Shown in pieces: positions 18,307 to 25,888 of a DNA stretch of 64,000 nt. Position numbers and translations under genes: made by a program. Positions within the stretch are counted from its first letter, which is position 1; each line of letters begins with the position of its first letter. The DNA is from Bacillota bacterium (GTDB taxonomy: Bacteria > Bacillota > Halanaerobiia > Halanaerobiales > Halanaerobiaceae), in NCBI GenBank assembly GCA_051747745.1, contig JBNJGL010000006.1, forward strand, positions 3,133-67,132, read 5' to 3'. The notes beneath the pieces were generated by a model. The model was not told where the DNA came from, did no database searches, and worked only from the letters and a program-made list of their open reading frames with translations.

Positions 18307-18493
18307 GGATATGGGAGAGAGTATTAAAAAATACCACCGAAGGGGTAAGATCTTTATTTCTCAGCATAAAGATTGAAACTCTCAGGTAAAAGGACCATAT
18401 TCGGACACAACTCTGGAAAGTTTGTTTTCTGAAAAAACACCGAAGGAGCAGTCTGGTACTGTACAGATAATCTCTCAGGTTTTAAGGACAGAG
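18307..18493 (+). promoter_or_regulatory. tandem glycine riboswitch (two aptamers)
   Basis: Aptamer 1 spans 18307-18402: GGATATGG...GGGAGAG...CACCGAAGGGGTAA...CTCTCAGGTAAAAGGACCATATTC. Aptamer 2 spans 18411-18493: CTCTGGAAAG...CACCGAAGGAGCA...CTCTCAGGTTTTAAGGACAGAG. Confidence 0.88.
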
Positions 18494-18533
18494 CAGCAGT
18501 GAGGTTGATTTTCTCATTGTTGCTCTGTTTTTT
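18489..18533 (+). terminator. expression-platform terminator of the glycine riboswitch
   Basis: CAGAGCAGCAGTGAG / CTCATTGTTGCTCTG (two G-U pairs) plus TTTTTT. Its 5' arm shares CAGAG with the P1 3' strand of aptamer 2, which gives ON-switch logic. Confidence 0.75.
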
Positions 18534-18553
18534 GTCTTCGGGAGGAGGAATTT

Positions 18554-18919
18554 ATGGATAATGAAGTTATTGTTACAAATAATCCACTCGTAAAAGAAAA
18601 GGTAAAAAATCTAGAAATAATCTTTGTTGATACTCTCTCTGATGTGTACACAAAGAGTAGAGATATGGTCCACAACAGCTGGACTCTTATATCTCATCCG
18701 CTGGCCGGCAGTGTAAAGCCTGCACAAAACCCCTACAGAAGCATTATTTTATCTCCAGGAAAAAAACTGGATTACTATAGTTTGAATATGATAGAAAATG
18801 CAATTGCGAAGCTTGCACAGTTCAGCCAGAATCATAAAAAGAGAGAATATTCGGATAAAATAAACGAAGATTATCAGGTTATTGATTTCTCTTTAATTAA
18901 CTCCGCCCTGAAGAATTAG
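18554..18919 (+). CDS. grdX: GrdX protein
   Basis: 121-aa protein at the head of a grd operon. The N-terminus (VIVTNNPLV...) and its position match the GrdX family. Confidence 0.7.
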   Translation: MDNEVIVTNNPLVKEKVKNLEIIFVDTLSDVYTKSRDMVHNSWTLISHPLAGSVKPAQNPYRSIILSPGKKLDYYSLNMIENAIAKLAQFSQNHKKREYSDKINEDYQVIDFSLINSALKN

Positions 18920-18945
18920 ATAATTTTGCGAAAGGAGGTTATATT

Positions 18946-19263
18946 TTGCTGGAATTAACAAAAGATAATTTTGAAGAAGAAGTGCTTCAAGGTGAAGGTC
19001 TTGTTGTTGTTGATTACTGGAGTGACAGCTGTGATCGCTGTCTTGAGATTATGCCTGATGTTAAGGAGCTGGCTGAAAAATATTCAGATAAAGCAAAGTT
19101 TGCCAAATTAAATATTAAGGGAAACAGAAGACTTGCAATAGGTCAAAAGGTGCTGGGTCTGCCATCTATAGTATTTTATAAAGATGGAGAAAAGCTTGAA
19201 CATCTTTCTGGAGAGGATCTGGAAGTTGAAGATATAGAACAGACTCTGCAGGAAATGGTTTAA
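18946..19263 (+). CDS. thioredoxin-family protein with atypical WSDSCDRC active site (copy 1)
   Basis: 105 aa with a Trx fold (cis-Pro motif GLPSIVFY). CDRC is at nt 19030-19041. TTG start follows AGGAGG. Confidence 0.8.
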   Translation: MLELTKDNFEEEVLQGEGLVVVDYWSDSCDRCLEIMPDVKELAEKYSDKAKFAKLNIKGNRRLAIGQKVLGLPSIVFYKDGEKLEHLSGEDLEVEDIEQTLQEMV

Positions 19264-19285
19264 TTATTAAAAGGAGGTGAAAAAT

Positions 19286-20572
19286 ATGAAATTAGAACTT
19301 GGTAAAATTAAGATTGATGACATTAAGTTTGCTGATGAAACTAAAGTTTCTTCTTCCACTCTTTATATTAATAAAGAAGAGCTGCTGGAAGTTCTTAGAG
19401 AGGACAGCAGAATAACAGATATTAATTTAGATATTGTTCATCCGGGTGATAGTGTACGCATAATTCCTGTAAAGGATGTTATTGAACCCAGAATAAAGGT
19501 TGAAGGTGAAGGAGGAATTTTCCCGGGCTTTATAGCTGACGAAGATATGGTCGGTTCTGGCCGTACTCATGTATTAAAGGGTGCAGCAGTTGTTACTACA
19601 GGTGATATTGTAGGTTTTCAGGAAGGTATAATTGATATGTCTGGCCCTGGTGCTGATTATACACCATTCTCTAAAACACATAATCTTGTTGTTGACTGTG
19701 ATGTGAAAGAAGATATAAAACAGCATGAACATGAAGAAATAATAAGAATGGTTGGTTTGAAAACTGCTACTTATTTAGGAAAAACTGCTGCAGATATTGA
19801 ACCAGATGAAGTAGAAGTTTATGAACATAAACCATATCTGGAAGCTGCGGCAGAATATCCAGATCTTCCTAAAGTAGGTTATGTTTATATGCTTCAGAGT
19901 CAGGGACTTTTACATGACACATATGTTTATGGTGTTGATGCAAAAGAAATTATTCCAACTTTAATTTCTCCAACTGAAATAATGGATGGAGCAATTATAA
20001 GTGGTAACTGTGTATCTGCCTGTGATAAAAATGCAACATATATTCATTTGAATAATCCTGTAATAGAAGATCTTTATAAATATCACGGTGAAAAATATAA
20101 CTTTATGGGAGTAATTATTACAAATGAAAATGTTACTCTGGCAGATAAAATAAGATCATCCAACTATACTGCAAAACTGGCAGAGATGATTGGGCTGGAT
20201 GCAGCAATAGTATCAGAGGAAGGTTTTGGAAATCCTGATGCTGATTTAATCATGAACTGTACCAAACTTGAAGAAAAAGGCATCGAAACAGTACTGATTA
20301 CAGATGAATTTGCCGGAAGAGATGGAGCTTCTCAGTCTCTTGCTGATGCTGATCCTGCCGGTGATGCTGTTGTAACTGCTGGTAATGCAAATGAAGTTAT
20401 AACACTTCCTCCAATGGATAAAGTTATTGGACATCAAAAATTTGCAGATATAATTGCAGGAGGATTTGATGGAAGTCTTGAAGAAGATGGATCAATTTCA
20501 GTTGAAATTCAGGCAATTATGGCTTCAACCAATGAATTAGGATTTAACAAACTTACTGCTAGAGGATATTAA
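19286..20572 (+). CDS. grdE: glycine reductase protein B proprotein GrdE (alpha/beta subunits)
   Basis: 428 aa counted from ATG 19286 (GGAGGTGA, then 5 nt). The Asn-Cys processing site is at residues 241-242 (nt 20006-20011, ...ISGN|CVSAC...). Confidence 0.88.
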   Translation: MKLELGKIKIDDIKFADETKVSSSTLYINKEELLEVLREDSRITDINLDIVHPGDSVRIIPVKDVIEPRIKVEGEGGIFPGFIADEDMVGSGRTHVLKGAAVVTTGDIVGFQEGIIDMSGPGADYTPFSKTHNLVVDCDVKEDIKQHEHEEIIRMVGLKTATYLGKTAADIEPDEVEVYEHKPYLEAAAEYPDLPKVGYVYMLQSQGLLHDTYVYGVDAKEIIPTLISPTEIMDGAIISGNCVSACDKNATYIHLNNPVIEDLYKYHGEKYNFMGVIITNENVTLADKIRSSNYTAKLAEMIGLDAAIVSEEGFGNPDADLIMNCTKLEEKGIETVLITDEFAGRDGASQSLADADPAGDAVVTAGNANEVITLPPMDKVIGHQKFADIIAGGFDGSLEEDGSISVEIQAIMASTNELGFNKLTARGY

Positions 20573-20638
20573 ATTATTTATTTTAAAAATTAAAATTAAT
20601 TTATTCACAAATTATGAAATATACGGAGGTGTCAGATA

Positions 20639-21109
20639 ATGCTTAAAGGAAAAAAGGTCGCTATTTTAGGTGACAGAGATGGAATTCCAGGCCCTGCAAT
20701 AGAAGAATGTATAGAAACAACAGGTGCTGAAGTAGTATTTACTACAACAGAGTGCTTTGTTTGAACAAGTGCAGGAGCTATGGATCTGGAAAATCAGCAG
20801 AGAATAAAAGATATTGCTGAAAAAGAAGGTGCAGAAAATCTGGTAGTTATTTTAGGTGGAGCAGAGGCAGAGGCTTCTGGTCTGGCGTGTGAAACAGTAA
20901 CTAACGGAGATCCAACCTTTGCAGGTCCATTAGCAGGAGTCCAGTTGGGGCTCGCGTGTTATCATGTACTGGAAGATGAGATTAAAGGTGAAATAGATGA
21001 AGAGGTATATGAAGATCAGATAAGTATGATGGAAATGGTACTTGATGTTGATGCAATCGTGGAAGAGGTTAAAACATATAGAGAACAATATTCTGAATAT
21101 ACTCTTTAA
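20639..21109 (+). CDS. grdA: glycine/sarcosine/betaine reductase selenoprotein A (copy 1), Sec at codon 42
   Basis: [19 protein letters not shown]...[18 protein letters not shown]. The in-frame TGA is at 20762-20764. The track only lists the part after the TGA (20780..21109). Confidence 0.93.
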
Positions 21110-21148
21110 GGTTTAATAAAAAAATAACCCTTAAGAAAGGGGGCAGTT

Positions 21149-22471
21149 ATGAGTAAAAAACTCCAAATCGTTCATTATTTAAATCAGTTTTTTGGACAAA
21201 TTGGTGGTGAGGAAAAAGCAGACATTCCACCTCGTCTGGAAGATGGACCTGTAGGTCCAGGTGCTGCTTTAAACAATGCTTTAGGTGAAGATGCAGAAAT
21301 TGTAAATACAATTATCTGTGGCGACACTTATTTTAATGAAAATCTTGAAGATAGTAAGGCCAAAATAAAGGAAATGCTGGATGAAATCAATCCAGATCTA
21401 CTGATTGCCGGTCCTGCCTTTAATGCAGGAAGATATGGTGTAGCCTGTGGTACAGTTGCAGAAATTGCAAAAGGAGAGCTGGGTGTTGATGTTGTATCTG
21501 GAATATATCCAGAAAACCCCGGTTACGAAATGTACCGACAGTATGCTTATTTTGTAGAAACACCAGATTCAGCTGCCGGTATGAGATCAGCAATTCCTGA
21601 TATGGTAAAGATAGTTAAAAGTTATATAGATAAAGATGGTGAACTGGGAAGTCCTGATGAAGAAGGTTATATGCCTCGTGGTGTGAGAAAGAATCTTTTT
21701 GTTGATGAGAGAGGTTCGAGCAGGGCAGTAAAAATGCTTATTGATAAATTGGAAAAAAATGAATATGAAACAGAATATCCAATGCCCGTGTTTGACAGAG
21801 TTGAAATTGCTGAACCTTTAGAAAATTTATCAGATGCAAAAGTAGCTCTTGTAACTTCCGGTGGTATTGTTCCAAAAGGAAATCCAGATCACATAGAATC
21901 ATCAAGTGCATCTAAATATGGAGAATACAGTCTGGAAGGTGTAGTGGATTTAACAGAAGAAAGCCACGAAACAGCACATGGTGGTTATGATCCAGTATAT
22001 GCTAATATTGATCCAGATCGTGTTTTACCTGTAGATGTTATGAGAGATTTAGAAAGCGAAGGAGTTGTTGGTGAACTTCATGATAAATTTTATGCAACTG
22101 TAGGTAATGGTACTTCAGTTGCCAATGCAAAAAGTTATGCTACAGAGATCGCAGAAAAACTTGTGGCAGATGGAGTTCAGGCAGTAATATTAACTTCTAC
22201 CTGAGGTACCTGTACACGTTGCGGTGCAACAATGGTTAAAGAAATTGAAAAGACAGGATTACCTGTAGTTCATGTGGCAACAGTACTGCCAATATCTCAA
22301 ACAGTTGGTGCAAATAGAATTGTTCCGGCAGTAGCTATTCCACATCCTCTGGGGAATCCAGATTTAAGTGAAAAAGATGAAAAAAGCTTAAGAAGAGATA
22401 TTGTTGAAAAAGCGCTTGAAGCTCTACAGACAGATATTTCCGAGCAGACAGTGTTTGCAGACGAAGAATAA
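21149..22471 (+). CDS. grdB: glycine reductase selenoprotein B (GrdB), Sec at TGA 22202-22204
   Basis: Two in-frame track ORFs (21149..22204 and 22232..22471) are joined by ...AVILTST-U-GTCTRCGATMVKEIE, the GrdB Sec motif. Confidence 0.92.
22202..22236 (+). other. Sec UGA plus putative SECIS hairpin of grdB
   Basis: After TGA comes GGTACCTGTACAC-GTTGC-GGT-GCAAC-AATGGT: a 5-bp upper stem with a GGU loop. Confidence 0.6.
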
Positions 22472-22487
22472 TTAAATATATTAAAAT

Positions 22488-22520
22488 GGCTGCAGTGCAG
22501 AAAATGCCTGCAGCTTTTTT
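22488..22520 (+). terminator. intrinsic terminator after grdB
   Basis: GGCTGCAG...CTGCAGC stem followed by TTTTTT. Confidence 0.7.
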
Positions 22521-22531
22521 GTATAAAAGTT

Positions 22532-22571
22532 CACAATCATGATTGACAAATAATCATGATTGTGCTATTAT
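22532..22571 (+). promoter_or_regulatory. promoter of the second grd operon, overlapped by a perfect 13-bp inverted repeat (candidate operator)
   Basis: CACAATCATGATT-gacaaat-AATCATGATTGTG at 22532-22564. TTGACA (22543-22548), a 17-nt spacer, then TATTAT (22566-22571). Confidence 0.6.
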
Positions 22572-22608
22572 AATATTGTAAATATTTTAACAAATGGAGG
22601 TGAAATTT

Positions 22609-23079
22609 ATGCTTAAAGGAAAAAAGGTCGCTATTTTAGGTGACAGAGATGGAATTCCAGGCCCTGCAATAGAAGAATGTATAGAAACAACAGGTGCTGA
22701 AGTAGTATTTACTACAACAGAGTGCTTTGTTTGAACAAGTGCAGGAGCTATGGATCTGGAAAATCAGCAGAGAATAAAAGATATTGCTGAAAAAGAAGGT
22801 GCAGAAAATCTGGTAGTTATTTTAGGTGGAGCAGAGGCAGAGGCTTCTGGTCTGGCGTGTGAAACAGTAACTAACGGAGATCCAACCTTTGCAGGTCCAT
22901 TAGCAGGAGTCCAGTTGGGGCTCGCGTGTTATCATGTACTGGAAGATGAGATTAAAGGTGAAATAGATGAAGAGGTATATGAAGATCAGATAAGTATGAT
23001 GGAAATGGTGCTTGATGTTGATGCAATCGTGGAAGAGGTTAAAACATATAGAGAAAAATATTCTGAATATACTCTCTAA
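22609..23079 (+). CDS. grdA: selenoprotein A (copy 2), Sec at TGA 22732-22734
   Basis: The CDS differs from copy 1 at only 3 of 471 nt. Same [15 protein letters not shown] motif. Confidence 0.93.
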
Positions 23080-23131
23080 AAATTTCTTGCTTTAGATTGT
23101 GAATTATTTACCTTGAAAGGGGTGGACCGCG

Positions 23132-24457
23132 GTGAAACTTGAACTTGGAAATTTTTATGTAAAAGATATTAACTTCGGTGATAAAACTGCATTTAAAGAT
23201 GGAATTTTAACCATAAATAAAAAAGAAGCTTTAGAAGTAGTTTATAAAGATGAACATATCACAGAAGCTGATATTAAAATTGTAAGGCCCGGAGATATGG
23301 TCCGTCTGGTGCCGGTAAAAGAGGCAATAGAACCTCGCTGCCGTGTGGACGGAGGAGCAGTATTTCCTGGTGTTACAGGTAAACTTATGCAGGCCGGAGA
23401 TGGTAGAACCAACTGTCTAAAAGATATGAGTGTACTTGTAGTCGGAAAACACTGGGGTGGATTTCAGGATGGTTTAATTGATATGGGTGGAGAAGGAGCA
23501 AAATACACATATTTTTCTTCTCTAAAAAATGTTGTTTTAGTCGCTGATACTGATGAAGAATTTGAAAAAAGAGAACAGCAGAAAAAGAATCATGCATTAA
23601 GATGGGCAGGTATGAGACTTGCAGAATACTTAGGTGAGGCAGTTAAAGATTTAGAGCCTGAAGATAAAGATATATATGAGCTTGAGTCTTTAACAAAAAG
23701 ATCTGAAGATGTATCAGATCTGCCGAATGTTGCAATAGTAATGCAGCCTCAATCTCAGATGGAGGAAAAAGGTTATAATGACCTTAATTATGGTTGGGAT
23801 ACAAACAGAATGCTTCCTACTTTTATGCATCCAAATGAGATTTTAGATGGAGCAATGATTTCCGGCAGCTTTATGCCTTGTTCTTCAAAATGGGCAACTT
23901 ATGATTTTCAGAATTTCCCATTGATCACAAGACTTTATGAGGAGCATGGTAAAACAATTAATTTTGTTGGTGTTATAATGTCAAACTTAAATGTTGCACT
24001 TGAGCAGAAAGAACGATCTGCTTTATTTGTTGCTCAAATGGCTAAATCTCTTGGTGTTGATGCAGCAATAGTAACAGAAGAAGGTTATGGTAATCCTGAC
24101 GCGGATTATATTGGCTGTATTGTAGCTTTAGAAGATGCTGGTGTTAAAACAGTTGGAGTAAGTAATGAAGCTACAGGTAGAGATGGTGGTTCACAGCCAT
24201 TAGTAACATTAGATCCTAAAGCAGATGCACTTGTTTCTACAGGTAATGTTTCGGAATTAATTAAATTACCACCGATGGAGACAGTTATTGGAGAATTAGA
24301 AGCACTTGCCAGAGATGGACTTTCTGGTGGATGGGCTGATGATGAAGTTCTTGGATCTTCAGTTAAAGAAGACGGTTCAATTGTTATGGAAAATAATGCA
24401 ATGTTCTGTGGCGATCAAATTGCAGGCTGGTCACCAAAAACAATGAAGGAATTTTAA
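23132..24457 (+). CDS. grdI: betaine (or sarcosine) reductase protein B, GrdE paralogue lacking the Asn-Cys processing site (GrdI-like)
   Basis: 441 aa, collinear with GrdE. It reads ...ISGSFMPCSS... where GrdE has ...ISGNCVSAC.... A Sec subunit and a BCCT transporter follow. Confidence 0.7.
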   Translation: MKLELGNFYVKDINFGDKTAFKDGILTINKKEALEVVYKDEHITEADIKIVRPGDMVRLVPVKEAIEPRCRVDGGAVFPGVTGKLMQAGDGRTNCLKDMSVLVVGKHWGGFQDGLIDMGGEGAKYTYFSSLKNVVLVADTDEEFEKREQQKKNHALRWAGMRLAEYLGEAVKDLEPEDKDIYELESLTKRSEDVSDLPNVAIVMQPQSQMEEKGYNDLNYGWDTNRMLPTFMHPNEILDGAMISGSFMPCSSKWATYDFQNFPLITRLYEEHGKTINFVGVIMSNLNVALEQKERSALFVAQMAKSLGVDAAIVTEEGYGNPDADYIGCIVALEDAGVKTVGVSNEATGRDGGSQPLVTLDPKADALVSTGNVSELIKLPPMETVIGELEALARDGLSGGWADDEVLGSSVKEDGSIVMENNAMFCGDQIAGWSPKTMKEF

Positions 24458-24475
24458 ACCCGGGAGGTGAATAAA

Positions 24476-25795
24476 TTGAAAAAAGCAGTTGTATATTTAA
24501 ATCAGTTTTTTGGACAGATTGGTGGAGAAGAAGCAGCAGATTATGCTCCAGAGATTCGGGAAGAAAAGGTTGGAGCGGCGATGTTATATAATCAGCTTCT
24601 TGATGGTGAGGTCACTCACACAGTTATCTGTGGAGATAACTATATGGGAAGTAATAAAGATGAAGCGGTTGATACAATTTTAGGTTTTTTAGAAGATGTA
24701 GAATTTGATATTTTCTTTGCTGGACCTGCTTTTCAGGCGGGACGTTATGGTGTAGCCTGTGGTGAAATTGGAAAAGCGGTTAAAAATAAATTTGATGTGC
24801 CAGTAATTTCTTCCATGAATATAGAGAATCCCGGGGTTGAAATGTATAAAAAAGATATTTATATCTTTCCCGGCGGACACAGTGCAGCAAAAATGAAAAA
24901 TGATGTAACAAAGATGGTTGAATTTGGTAACAAAATCTTAAACGGTGAGAAATTGCTGCCGGCAGATGAAGAAGGATATTACAAAAGGGGTATTAGACAT
25001 CAGTACTTTTTGGAAGATAAAACTCCTGCAGCTGAAAGAGCAGTAGAAATGCTTTTGAAGAAAATTAATGATGAAGATTTTGAAAGTGAATTACCTATAC
25101 CGGAACTGGATAGAGTTGATATAGCTCCAGCTGTAGAAGATTTAAGTGCTGCTAAAATAGCACTTGTTACTTCTGGAGGTATTGTTCCAGTTGATAATCC
25201 TGATAAAATTCAGTCTGCTTCAGCGACCAGATGGGGAAAATATGATATCAGTGGTATGGATAGATTAGAAAATAGAAAAGATAATAAATTCAAAACCATT
25301 CATGCAGGTTATGATCCTGCAGCAGCAGATGCTGATCCTAATGTTGTAGTTCCTGTTGATGCAGTGCGCGCTTATGAGAAAGAAGGAAAGATTGGTGAAC
25401 TGCATAAATATTTTTATTCGACAGTAGGAACTGGAACAACCCAGGGTGAGGCAGCTAGAATGGGTAAGGAAATAGTTCAAGAATTAAAAGAGGCCAATGT
25501 TCAGGCAGTAATATTAACTTCTACCTGAGGTACCTGTACACGTTGCGGTGCAACAATGGTGAAAGAAATTGAACGCGCTGGTTTTCCAGTTGTTCATATG
25601 GCAAACTTGATTCCTGTATCTAAGACCGTTGGTGCTAATAGAATAGTTCCAACTATTTCTATCCCTTATCCATTAGGAGATCCGTCTACAAGTAAAGAGG
25701 AACAGTGGAAACTCAGATATCACAGAGTTGGTGTAGCATTAGATTCACTAACTACAGAAATTGATGATCAGACAGTATTCGAAGTAGAAATATAA
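24476..25795 (+). CDS. grdH: betaine (or sarcosine) reductase selenoprotein B (GrdH-like), Sec at TGA 25526-25528
   Basis: ...AVILTST-U-GTCTRCGATMVKEIE joins track ORFs 24467..25528 and 25556..25795. The likely start is TTG 24476, 8 nt after GGGAGG. Confidence 0.8.
25526..25560 (+). other. Sec UGA plus putative SECIS hairpin of grdH
   Basis: Nucleotide sequence is identical to the grdB element (GTTGC-GGT-GCAAC). Confidence 0.6.
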
Positions 25796-25802
25796 AAGGA
25801 AA

Positions 25803-25835
25803 CCTTTACCTCCCCTAAAAAATGGGAGGTAAAGG
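25803..25835 (+). terminator. strong hairpin between grdH and the BCCT transporter (attenuator or processing site)
   Basis: Perfect 12-bp stem CCTTTACCTCCC / GGGAGGTAAAGG with a 9-nt loop. The T tract after it is weak (TATTT). Confidence 0.5.
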
Positions 25836-25888
25836 TATTTACATCAATGTTATGTGAAAAAATTAACACAATTAGAGGGGTGAAATAG

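Noticed and set aside
20762-25528. Track ORFs for grdA (two copies), grdB and grdH are split or truncated by TGA. This could be read as pseudogenes or sequencing errors. The same applies to selD at 46461.
   Set aside because: In every case the TGA falls exactly in the known Sec motif: [27 protein letters not shown], and SG-U-AAK in SelD. The frame continues on the other side. selA, selB, tRNA-Sec and selD are all present in the window.
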